From Podarcis bocagei (taxonomy: Eukaryota): a stretch of DNA of 64,000 nt. A program made the position numbers and the translations under genes. The DNA lies in the NCBI GenBank assembly GCA_964188305.1, contig OZ076887.1. One strand, given 5' to 3'. This document shows positions 12,701 through 34,144 of the stretch, one piece after another; position 1 is the first letter of the stretch, and each line of letters starts with the position of its first letter. The notes under the pieces were generated by a model, which saw nothing but the letters and a program-made list of their open reading frames with translations, was not told the origin of the DNA and did not search any database.

Positions 12701-15700
12701 CAATACCCATCAGAAAGATTGCGACTGCTCAAACCAATTTTATTGTATTGCAAAAACACCATGAAATTAAAAGAAGTAGGGTTTCTTTTTCTACATGTTA
12801 AAGGGCACAAGCTCAAATACTTAAATATTTTGCATAACACTTCTTCCTAAGTAACCCAGTGTAGGGTGTTTGTTTGTTTGTTTGTTTGTTTTGGGGGGAG
12901 GGTTTTGTGGCTTGATTCTCTACTTCACATCCTACTGAACCCTTTGCATTCACAGGAGGCCATTCAAAACAAAAAAGAGTATCTGAAATCCAAGCTGATG
13001 GCAGAACAAGAAGCGATTATATTTCAGCAGCAGCTGCGGGCTGCAAGGAAAGCTTTGGCAGAGTCTCAGACTGAGAATAAAAGGCTGAAGCAACAGCTAG
13101 ACAAACAGGTATGTAACCAAACTCTGCTGTAATACTGTCTATACAGCAAATCAAATTACTTTCACTCGCATTGACTTCAGTGCTGAAGCTATGAGATGGG
13201 CAATGAGAGATAGTCTTGGGGTGTAATGTTCTGCACTCCCTCCATGGAAGACTTTAGGTGTATATAGGTGTAAAAGAAACCATATATCTTAAAATGCAAC
13301 TGCCTTCACTGTGTCTGACCCCCAATGGAATCATGATCCTGGGTGAGCGCCTGGAACTCCTGGAATCTTGCTACTGCTTGGCAGAGAGTGGGGGAGGCAC
13401 TGAACCTTTGTAATATTACTTATGTAGGAGGTGAAATGTGCACTATGTGATGTGTCTGCCCACACCAATTTAAGATTCCAGAGATGGATGTAATTTAGAA
13501 ATTAAAACCCTATAAGTGAATAGCAGTGGCTTAGAGAGGATTTGCATAGCAGCTCCTTGTAGCTCCTTGTGAAATTGGGGAACCATCTTACATACTGAGA
13601 ATCAGAATACTTGCCAAATGTGTTGTTTCTTGAATCATTACTGTTGACAGCAAAGACAGAATGAATATATTACATTTTGCCTCTTCTCAGCAAAACTGTT
13701 CAAGATCATTATTCAACTGAAATGAAAATACAATGATCTGAAATGTGAAGATGCAAAATGTCTCCGCATACTTCCAACCCTCAATACAGTTAACACAAGT
13801 TTTATAGTAATTAATATCTAACAGTGAAGGAGAGAGGGTTTTTGATGGTGAAACCCTCACTTTGACCTTTCCAAAAGAAGTCAGATTGGTGCAAGTGTTA
13901 ATGTGTCTGTATTTGCCCAGACATTTAAATTTTGTTGTATTGGCTTAGCTTATTACAACATCCAAACTGCTCAATAGTGAATCTTCCAAAGCAATTTACA
14001 ACACAGATTAAATAATGTCATCATACCACACATAGCAGTTCTTAGTCTGCAGAATTTCTGGTTTATATCTTTCCTACATTGGACATTGTTTAAACCAGAA
14101 ATTCTGCAGAATAAGAACAACTTCACTGCCAATAAATATTATTTGAAATAAAATTGTCTTCATCTGCCTTTTAAATGCCAAGAATGATATCCAAGTAAGT
14201 CATACATGAATAGACCTACTGAAATCAATGGGTCTACTCTGAGTATGATAGCATTGGATATCACCCATGTTCTCTTCTCCTGTGTTTTACAAATCTCTTT
14301 GGTATTTTATGCAAAGGGACACTTGCTACAGGAAGTAGAACACAGGATGAACCAAGAAGTTCACAGAAAGCAGCAACTAGATCTAATTAAGACAGCAAAC
14401 TTGGAAAAAATGCTGGAAAGCCTTGGAGAGAGAGAACTGAGATTGCAGTGTCTAACAGAAGAAACTGAAAGATCATCCAAGATAAGGCAGCTTCAGGGAG
14501 AAAAGGTTAAAAAAGAAATCCAACAGGTAAGTTTATAAATACATACTTTCAGTAGCTCATGTGCCAGTGGTTATATATTCCAAGATGGGGGCTTAATATT
14601 GCAAACAGGTCATTGACAGTGGGCGATTTTTATACTTATCCACACCAAACCATCCCACCCCCATCCCAAAAGGGTAAATCAAGGTTTAATGGTGGAAAAA
14701 TGCAGACAGGCAACTAGACACCAATGATGTTGTGCAGACTGGGTGAAAAACCTGTATGCATGATCAGCGCTCATCCCACAATTAATACCCAAAGTTTCAT
14801 AAATATTGCTTAACCAAGCAGCATCTGATATAATCATGCAGGTTCATTCAAAGTTTGCAACTTCCAATTCCTTCCTTCTCTTATGTATTTCATTTTCATA
14901 AATGGACAACAAAGATACATAGATTTGGAACTGTAATGTTCGCTTAGAAAAATTTAGTATCTTTTTAGGTAAGAAGTCAGCTGTCCCAGGAACGCAGTTT
15001 AAAACTGGATGCTTTTCAGAGGATAAAAGAGCTGCAGCATCAGCTGTATGACTCAGAAGTTGCAACATCCCAGAGAAATTCTTCTGCAGGTATGAATGAA
15101 TGTAGGTTGAATGATAGCTGGTTGCAAGAATATTGGTGCTCAATAGATTGTTTATTTCATGCCCTGCTGTATTTTGAAAATGTATTATACTTTACTTTGG
15201 ATGTTAAACAGTTAACAGTAAATGTGCTGGTTAATAGGTTATTAAATGTGAACCAAAGATGCAGACCTTGGACTTAGTTAGGTCACCATGCCCTCTCTCA
15301 TATACCAGGAATAGATCAACACAGACAGAGACAGAGTACAGACCCTGTTATCATCCCAGGCTGTGGCGGGGGAAGCAGGTGCCTACACTAAGCTGTTGCC
15401 AGATTTGCATGAGAAGAAATACATGCACCCATTGTGGCCTTGTAACTCCTATAAAGCCTCTCCTGGGGGGCAGGATAGGCCTGGGAAGTGCAGAGGGAGT
15501 TGGAAACAGCCAAAACTCAGGCTGAGGCAGCTTGTGCAGGAAGATTTCTCAGGGTGCGTGCACACCTGGGTGACCCATGAAGCTCCGTAAAGCCCAGTAT
15601 TGTCTACATTGTCTTACAGAAGCTCTCCACAATCTTAGGCAGAGGGCCCTTCATATTACCTGGCTGCTTCTTTTAAAGGAAGACCTAACGAGGGGATCTT

Positions 15701-17777
15701 CTGCATGCAGAACTCATGCCCCCTCCCCTCAGTAAGTTAGGGAGTGCACTTTCACTTGCGCAAGTCTGGATACAACCCAATGAGGGCAGAGGTCCTAGAT
15801 CCTGTCTCACACTTCAGCTAACAGCCGCTTTGAACTAGGAGTTTCTCATTACGCTAAGCGGCTTAGTGTTAGTGTCAAGTCTGTATGGGAGGCAGCAGTA
15901 CCAAGTTATTTGGCAGGCTGTAGCAATGAAGCAGCTACTTGTCCTGTCAGTATATTATTGCAAGATTGCAATAAATGTGGATGGTGATATGAGCATATAA
16001 GGATGGGATAAATTAATTTCTCAGCCAGTTTGACTATTCACTTAACCACCCCAGCTGTCATATTACATTGTGTTTGATAACTGAGCCAAAGCTCCAAGTA
16101 GATCCAATTTGTTAATCTATTTAAAAGATGCTAAACTGAATTTGAAAGCTGATCAGATTACTGCTCCCCACCTCTAAACCTTAAGCAATAGCATTAAATG
16201 AATACTTTTTGAACAGACACGCAACTGAGACAAAGTGTATTGCTAATGTGATACAATAGTAGTGACTGACCATTGTTTCATGTGAACGTCTTGTTGCATT
16301 GTAGAGAGTAGCAGTTTAAGGTGCTATCTTTCCAAAGAAAAGTCCATTTTACTAAATCAATCCAGGAAGCAAACTGTTTACATGGCTGTATATTGCACAG
16401 TATTGATTTCTGGAACAAATGTATGCCTACAACTCACGGCATTGCCATCTTAATTTGCAAAGACTGTAGAAATGAACTAAAATTTTTCCTACTGGTGAAC
16501 CCTCTATTGTACAAGTAGTTCACTTACACTAGTTAATGTTCAAATCCCTTTTGCCTGACATAGACAATTCAGTTATCAGCACACTCAGCAGCTGAAGTGC
16601 ATGCAAAAAATTAATCTTAATCTACTCTTACCTTTCAAAATAGTCCAATTAAAGGTAACACCTGTATCTCCTAACATTTTAGTGCAAGGATATGCAAGGG
16701 ATACACAAGGCAATTTAAACAGCACTAGATTCAATCAGTGCTAGGATCGCAAACATATCTTGCTATCTGTACAGCCCAATACATTTACCAGAAGATAAGT
16801 GCATTGTGACTCAGAAAGCAAAGACATTTGGCCATGTCTTCTACCTTTAATTGTTTCAAAGGTGTCTTATCTTACTATATAATAAAATTGCGGAGTGTTG
16901 CCACTGTTTCAGAGTCTGACCCCCAAATGATGCTTCAGCATAACTGTATTGGCTTGAAAGTGTGTGTGTGGGGGGGGGGGTGGTCTCAGTGGTGGGCCAC
17001 CATGGGCATAGAAAAGGCAGGAAAACTGGCTGTATTGCCTTAGCTTTCACCTCATAGTAGTGTTGGTGCTTGTCTTGAGATGCCATACTATATACATAAA
17101 AACATAGGTAGCCCAAGCCAACTGTTTAATGGAGGGAAGTGCTTCAGAAAACTGCTCTCTGAAGTGTCTCCCCACTCCGTTTAACGGTGATAGGGCTTGG
17201 ATCAAGCTGTGAGAGGACAGGCAAGGTGTAAAGGGAAGAGGATTGCCAGGTGGAGCTAGCAAGGGCAGTTTAAATGAACTTGTACATGTTTCATTTTGGG
17301 CAAAAGAAAGCAACAGACATTATAAAAATACTCTAACAGATGTCGTTAACTTTTAAAACTTTGTGGTTTGTACGGATTCTTCTCACAGATTATCTAACTC
17401 ATGTCCTTGGCTTTCACAGCTGTAAGAAGAAAGTCTGCTAATACTTCACACAGTGCCAGCAGTATAAATCGCTCACTTTCAGGTAAAAAGGAATCGTACT
17501 ACTAGCATCAGCTGTTTTACGATGCTTTCTTCTACTTCTTTCTGTAAATTTCATCCAAAGTTCCCAGGGCAGTTCACAATATAATAATGCAAACAAAAAT
17601 ACCTCCCCCCCAACATTATTTCTTAGAAAGCCTCTCTCTCAACTCACCTTAAGTCCACATTTCCTTAAGCTAGTCCTTTTCAGTGTCAACCTAGACATAA
17701 AGTTAACGATGGAAGATGTGTACTTTTCTGGTTTTGAAATAGCAGCCATGAGTCTCTGGGCCCATGCAGGGTGGTGA
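549..17777 (+). CDS. CCDC162: Coiled-coil domain-containing protein 162-like, 3' part (5' end outside window); 17 exons, ~736 aa visible
   Basis: Exons 549-702, 2167-2262, 2517-2660, 3935(3932)-4143, 5242-5380, 6697-6817, 7851-7960, 8810-8959, 9097-9150, 9281-9448, 9968-10120, 11556(11553)-11687, 12956-13108, 14317-14526, 14969-15089, 17420-17482, 17743-17777. All are AG/GT bounded with matching phases and join into one stop-free frame rich in E/K/Q/L heptads. The name comes mainly from synteny (tail-to-tail with CD164, as for human CCDC162P). The last two exons are less certain. Confidence 0.75.
1599..1772. mobile_element. Tc1/mariner(pogo/Tigger)-type MITE, short variant
   Basis: TIR CAGTGGTACCTCGGGTTA...TAACCCGAGGTACCACTG flanked by TA; a one-ended fragment of the same family follows at 1836-1905. 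Confidence 0.85.
2167..2262 (+). CDS. CCDC162: CCDC162-like exon (AVLLFPWRTFL...NYNMQ)
   Basis: ttctag / gtatgg, 96 nt, phase 0-0. Confidence 0.75.
2517..2660 (+). CDS. CCDC162: CCDC162-like exon (LCLCGLNDEDRKVVHGELV...SFGK)
   Basis: ttctag / gtaaat, 144 nt, phase 0-0. Confidence 0.75.
3935..4143 (+). CDS. CCDC162: CCDC162-like exon (NLAMTTEASGK...FTEQYG)
   Basis: tagcag tandem acceptor / gtaagt, phase 0-2. Confidence 0.75.
5242..5380 (+). CDS. CCDC162: CCDC162-like exon (TEVLYPAMRS...EIKTHQ)
   Basis: gtctag / gtaaaa, phase 2-0. Confidence 0.8.
6697..6817 (+). CDS. CCDC162: CCDC162-like exon (LQKLLESLEIHMIRDV...NLST)
   Basis: tcctag / gtaacg, phase 0-1. Confidence 0.8.
7123..7380. mobile_element. 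Same MITE family, full copy
   Basis: TIRs, TA TSD, internal GTAACCTGAAGC repeats. Confidence 0.9.
7851..7960 (+). CDS. CCDC162: CCDC162-like exon (ELWKHHGMQE...ETDAE)
   Basis: tttcag / gtacat, phase 1-0. Confidence 0.8.
8440..8591. mobile_element. Old palindromic hAT-type MITE; related copies near 29040-29150, 40735-40840 and 44820-44950
   Basis: Shared core CCCATCA..CAGCATGGCCAATGGT..GATGGGAGTTGT..CAACATCTG. Confidence 0.55.
8810..8959 (+). CDS. CCDC162: CCDC162-like exon (ITFPKDHLQKCF...YQKEQ)
   Basis: cctcag / gtattc, 150 nt. Confidence 0.8.
9097..9150 (+). CDS. CCDC162: CCDC162-like exon (EMHAVEDKRGNAELGLSQ)
   Basis: tttcag / gttagt, 54 nt. Confidence 0.75.
9281..9448 (+). CDS. CCDC162: CCDC162-like exon (VAELSHEMIMEM...CLQLK)
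   Basis: tgctag / gtaggt, 168 nt, coiled coil. Confidence 0.8.
9968..10120 (+). CDS. CCDC162: CCDC162-like exon (GRVDEYRLSM...EHLAQ)
   Basis: ttgcag / gtaagt, 153 nt. Confidence 0.8.
11556..11687 (+). CDS. CCDC162: CCDC162-like exon (GHLQALQDENNQL...REMEK)
   Basis: tagcag / gtgaga, 132 nt. Confidence 0.8.
12956..13108 (+). CDS. CCDC162: CCDC162-like exon (EAIQNKKEYLKSK...QLDKQ)
   Basis: tcacag / gtatgt, 153 nt. Confidence 0.8.
14317..14526 (+). CDS. CCDC162: CCDC162-like exon (GHLLQEVEHRMNQE...KEIQQ)
   Basis: gcaaag / gtaagt, 210 nt; acceptor is weak. Confidence 0.75.
14969..15089 (+). CDS. CCDC162: CCDC162-like exon (VRSQLSQERSLKLDAFQRI...NSSA)
   Basis: ttttag / gtatga, phase 0-1. Confidence 0.8.
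17420..17482 (+). CDS. CCDC162: CCDC162-like exon (VRRKSANTSHS...SLS)
   Basis: tcacag / gtaaaa, phase 1-1. Confidence 0.6.
17743..17777 (+). CDS. CCDC162: Putative CCDC162-like terminal coding exon (AMSLWAHAGW*)
   Basis: aatagcag acceptor after a T-rich tract; TGA at 17775-17777. Confidence 0.45.
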
Positions 17778-18129
17778 GGGAGAGTTTGACACTCTCTTCC
17801 ACTGTGGAAGTCCTGCGACATGAATTGTTTTCTCAGAAGTCTTTGCATTTAAAGGGAGACATCCATTCGGGACAAATGGAAGAAATCCTTGAAATGCAAA
17901 TAGCAGCTTCAGAGTCTTTGGGGTGGTGTGCACAGTGGCGGAGAGAAAACGTTCCACTTCCCATCGCTCTGATCCTGAGGCTCATCAAGCTTCCATGTAG
18001 CAGCTTTTCACAAAAGAAATGAGCTCCCATTGCCCTAAGATAGTACAGTATACCATGTCCTAATTTGAAAACGGTTTCTTTAAAAATTGATACATAGAAG
18101 CCTGTTGCTAATATACACTACTACTAGAT

Positions 18130-21100
18130 AAACCGTGATTGTTATCAGACCATTTATTGGGATCACATCGAAGATCATTCACATTTTAACTGTTAACCAT
18201 TGACTGTGAGAATATTGTAGAAAAGTGGAAATCTCTCCTTTACAAAACAATAGTGTCAACAGCAATGCATTACCAAGGAATACAGTGTCAGCAGTGTTTG
18301 CACACAAAAACATGTTCTAGAACAAAGTTCCACAAAGGCAGCACTTAAATGACATTATTTAACATTATGTTCCAGGCTCTGCTTCATGGAACCAGAATAC
18401 AGGCATTTCAACATTCACGTTAACCAAGGACTTCAGGCATCAGCTTTTGGTTGCTGACTCTGTGGGTAGCAGCAATATAAAACCAGAAAAGATTCAGAGG
18501 CCCAAAACGGTGAGTAGTGAAGTATTTGGGGAGCAATGTTAGTATGAATCTCTAATGCAAGGCAGTGACAACTGGGTTGTAGACATGTTAAGCAAGCTAT
18601 ACTGAGGACTTGCTTTATAAAATAGTGATATTAGATGAACTCTTCATTCATGCTTCTCAGGGAATTCCTCCTGTACAATAAACTTTTGGTCCACAGCAGT
18701 TAAGAGAAGCCATCTACCCCCCAAAAAATGAATGAAATTTTGACTATTCAAGGTGAAATAGATGAGAATTACAACAGTTTTTATTTATATTTAAAGGTAC
18801 CTTGTGGGTGGAGAAATAGCGTGATAGATGTTCTCTTGCCAGCTCTTACAGACAACTCTTCTATGTCACCTGTGCAGTTTTGTGGACAGAAGACATCTGA
18901 AAAATAAGCTTCTACTGCTTCTTTGAAGAGTTACTTGCTGGTTTGATTCCATGATAAAGTACAAAGCAGTCTTGCTTGAAAACTCTGGTCATGCTCAAAA
19001 ATGGGATGTTTGCTTATAGTTATCCATAACTTTTAATAAGCCTCTTTCCCACCAGATTCTCTAGTGCCAAAAATCTGACGACGTGAGGTTATTAACTGGA
19101 TGAAGCTAGCAGCAGATTCAGCACAGGCAACTGAAAGCCTTTATTCAAACAAATATATAAGGAATGCACTGTCACAATATTATGTGTTTATGGCAACAAG
19201 CTTATTTGGCTGGCCATGGTGCATTTGCATGACTTTGACCAAATTCTGCAATTATGTAGCTGATTTGTGTTTTGTCATACTATGAAATAATTTTATAAAG
19301 CTGCATCTGTAGACTTCCCATTTTATTTTTGTCTTTGACAAAGAGCTTTAAATGAGATATCTGCTGGATCACCCAACAATCCTCACCACTTGAAATTTAC
19401 TTTGGCAAATGGAGAGGCCATGTACAACACACATTGCTTTTTATGGCCCAGAACAAGCTGGATTTTTTTGGGAGGAGAAAAAGATGGACATACGAACAGA
19501 AACAGTTTAATAAATGATTTATTTTGGTTTTGTGATTAAGTAGTTTGCATTTTCTTCCAATGAAGACAACACACATATGCAGTACAGTAATGTCTATAAC
19601 ATTCCATTCTAGATGCAACATACTTGCAGGTGTTAAATTTTAGGGAAAATCTGTATTAAGAGCTTGGAAGTCACAATTCACTGCCTTAAAAATCTATTTC
19701 ACAGACAGGGGTGGTTAAAAAAAACCAAAACCCTATGCATATATTCCAAAAAGCAGACAGAAGCTGTGAAAATCTATTAGTTTACCTAATTTGTATGTAG
19801 TCAGGTTAATGTCACTACCAGAAAAATAACAACTGTCACTGATCTAGCTATAGAAGGTAAGAGGGCTCACCCTCACAGTCTTAGCCAAGGTTTGGTAAGT
19901 TAGTGATAAAGCTTGGGTCTAGAAAATCAAATATGCCACTGCATGAAGATATTAGAAATGTCTTAAAGACCTGGTACACATCTATACCCCAACCAAGTAG
20001 AAAATGCAGACTTCCTGAAGAGTAGCAGTGAGACCTGAATTTCCTAAAGTCATTGGAAAAGAACAATTGCTGGCAATGGGGCAAGACTAGTGACTAAAAT
20101 TCCTCTCCCCACATTCCTTCAACAGACATGTAGCTGACAGTAATAAAATTTAAGGCACTTGAAAGATTCATGTTAACATCAGCACAGAATACATGACTGT
20201 TTAGTGGTGTTTTAAACAGCACTTACTCTTGGCTCAGTAATAAAATTGGCTCAAATTTCAATTCTGGAACTGCAAGTTGCACTGTTAAGTCTTGAAATCT
20301 TCTGCTACAAGTTTACAAGACGTAGCCATTCAAGAGCCAGTAAAGGAAGCAACACTAACTAGAAATAATTTCTAAGTCTCACCACTAAGCATAAGCTTAT
20401 TACAGCTTTAGAGTGCAAAGAGGCTTTTTTTAAACTGTCACCGTTTAGAAGTGCATTTATTTATGCTTAAGGTTTAGAATATATTCAGATATTTTATTTA
20501 AATTTATGAAGCTAAAAGAGATGGGGAATTATGTTAAACAATGGACTATATAGCTTAAGGCCATTAAATACCACCTACTACAGATGTGTTGCTTGCTGAA
20601 AATTGGCTGATCAATTTACCATTTCATACACCTGAGCTGATTGTCTTTTAGGAGTGCAGTTGCCTGAAAGTTACAGTACTGTTTGCTAAGTATTATTATG
20701 AATAAACTTTCTATGCAAAGTTATTGAAGTGAATACTATTAGCTACAAGGGCTAGAGAAGTTGAGCAATTAAAATGCAGTAAAATTTTGCAATAAGCCAT
20801 AAACCTAGACTTATCAGCAGCAGCTTAAAATCAAGCAAGCAATAGAGCTAATCCAAAAGCATCACTTAACGTTGCATTTCTAGCATTTAAACTATGCTTG
20901 CCATATAACCTGCAAAACAAGGATTAGCAGTCTATTTTGACAATTATCAAAAACTTACATAGCTCCAAGTGCTCGGGCTGCCTACTTCCACCTTGACTAT
21001 CTGTGTTTTATGAAACTTAAGGAAGGAAACTGCATTGATATAAGAGCAAATATTCTCTCAAATCCATACAGAATTATGGTAGGTTTGTAATATCCACGAA

Positions 21101-22067
21101 TTGCAATCACAAAATGTGAAACTACTGCTCTGAAATGTAAAGCATGTCAATAGAACTTTCCAAGGCAAGTGTTTTTGAAGGCTAGAGACACATGGCTTTA
21201 GGAACAGTATATGAAGATTGCTTACACTGTTTTCTTTCCATATCTGTCTTCACAAAAACTTTTATATAAAGTCAAGTATATATAAATAATGCCCAAGGTC
21301 ATGTGTCTACTAGAATGAAATTGCTGCAAGTGGAATGACATTCACTGTACCTCAAACAAATAAAATGGCACAAACGTATCAGTTTGCAGCCTACTCATTA
21401 AGGCACTGGTCTTTCTTCCTTATGCACCAAGGAACTAGCATTCTTTGACTCTCATTCTTCCTATGGCTGCTTACACTTACATTAGAAAACAATTATCCTT
21501 CTGACACCAAGTATAGAAAAATATGGGCTTCCATAATCCTTAAGGAAAAAAACATAGTTCTAGAAATTTGCCCCAATCTCCTAGCAGTACACTATAAAAA
21601 GCCAGTTTTCACACACATAGTGTTTTATGCCAAGTCACCAGGAATTCACATTTTAATAGTAATAATAATAATTATAATAATAATGTAGGGGGCACTGCAT
21701 TTAAGGCTAACTTATCAATTGCAATCATAAAGTTATCTATCAAGAACACTGCTGCCAATGAATACAGTTACTATTAAAGTCTACATTTGGCATGTCAGAT
21801 AAAAGAAACGGTTTCACAGCAGCAGCCACTAAAGAAATTTCAGACAGCCAATGAGGATTCATGCACAATATTGCAAGTATTCTTGCAGAGCAAAACATGA
21901 TTCATACAACCTTCTTCCAAGCATGTTGCAGAAACATTTTCTTTTTTAAAAAAAGTCTTGAAGAATAAGAGTATTTTGAATTGCTGTCTTCTATAAGGAA
22001 TAAAGATATTTTGGTGCAGCTAACCACAAATGTTGACCTTGTAAAGTCCACTTAAAAGCAACGTATT
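18130..22067 (-). other. CD164: Putative long CD164 3' UTR (up to ~3.9 kb)
   Basis: AT-rich with no recognised TE. Minus-strand AATAAA at 18158-18153, with others near 18780, 19140, 19322, 19520, 20456 and 20493. Contains miRNA seed matches. The true end is inferred. Confidence 0.5.
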
Positions 22068-32556
<10,489 letters not shown>

Positions 32557-33172
32557 GGCGTCTCTCGGCGAGGTAAGCGAGGGGGATTCGCCCCACGAAG
32601 AAAGAAGAAACAACGACGGGAAAAGCGGCTCAGCCCTCAGCTCGCGCAACCCGCTCCGCTTCCCGGCCGGTCGAAGTCTGCAGTCACGTGACGCGGCCGT
32701 TGGGCGGCCCGCGCGAGCCGTTTGACGCGTGGATTGAGGCAAGCGCCAGCGCGTGCGCGCTCTGTCTCTCTTTCTCTCTCAGCTCCCTGCGTAATAAGAG
32801 ATGGTCTCGTCGACGCGTAAACCCCTTCAAGCAGCGCACACACCCCCGCCTGCTGCAATGGAACGGCCCTCAAGGGAAAGAGCCGCTTCCTCGTCACGTG
32901 ACCGAAACCTCGAATGGCGTGGAAAGATCCCGACGGAGCGGGCGTGGCTGATTCGACGTCCGCTCGCTTGTCGCTCGATGTCTCAATTCGTGCGAAAATT
33001 AGATCATGGGTTGCTTTGTAGACGCGGGTGTCGTTGAAAGATCAATATTGATCTTTGGCGCTGGGATCACTTAAATAGCTTTGTGATAGGAGAAAAGCGA
33101 TTAAGTCTCAATGTGAAATTATTAGCTGGTAGTTCTTGACCTTGGGCAGCGTCAGAAATACACTTTGCGTTT

Positions 33173-33509
33173 AAGGTAAAGGTACCCCTGCCCGAACGGG
33201 CCAGTCTTGACAGACACTGGGGTTTGTGCGCCCATCTCACTCTATTGGCCGGGGGCCAGCGCTGTCCGGAGACACTTCCGGGTCACGTGGCCAGCGTGAC
33301 AAAGCTGCATCTGGCGAGCCAGCGCAGCACACGGAACGCCGTTTACCTTCCTATCTACTTGCACCCGAGGGTGCTTTCGAACTGCTAGGTTGGCAGGCGC
33401 TGGGACCGAGCAGCGGGAGCGCACCCCGCCGCGGGGATTCGAACCGCCGACCTTTCGATCGGCAAGCCCTAGGCGCTGAGGCTTTTACCCACAGCGCCAC
33501 CCGCGTCCC
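33173..33509 (-). mobile_element. Sauria SINE, full length
   Basis: 5' GGGACGCGGGTGGCGCTGTGGGT, B-box GGTTCGAATCC, 3' ACCTTT tail; homologous to 56774-57122. Confidence 0.9.
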
Positions 33510-34144
33510 TTTTAAGCCGCAAAAACCAGACGGGCAGTAGTGATGGCAGGGCTTAAACTCCACTCAGTAGAATGAGCAGAAGCCCCGCTGCCCACCAAAT
33601 GCAGGCGAGCTGAACAATGTCACCTAAAAGCAGAGACGTTGAAGACAATGCATTAAGTCCTGAGCCTAAAATTATTTTTGTATTAGGTTACTTGCCCTTC
33701 GCTGCAAGGTCCCAGGGCGCGTCACAACAATGTAAAATATCTCGTTAAAAACAGACTAACAACCAAGGGTGAGGGATGATGACTGCCAGAGGACTTGAAG
33801 TCAATCTTTAACAGGAGAGCTGACTGGGCAGACTAAGAAACCAAGCAGCTCTGGTGTTGCATATAGGTGCACGCTTTGTAATACAGTAATCCCTGCAATG
33901 CTTATATGCAGAGGATATCGAGGCACAAGGCTTGGTCTGCTCCAGGTGTCCACACATGACGGCCAGGATCCTGTGCGACATTACCAAGAAGCCCTGGTCA
34001 CACCAATTGGACCATGCAGTTCATCTGCTTAGGGCAGCAAAACATCTTAAATGATGAACTCTTGTGTGACTGAAGCAAAACTTCAGTCCAGATACAAAGC
34101 CAGGGACAATGGTGTACAGAAAGGCTGTGTATGCACTTAAAATT

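Noticed and set aside
33420-33509. tRNA-like A/B boxes
   Set aside because: Head of a Sauria SINE, not a tRNA gene.
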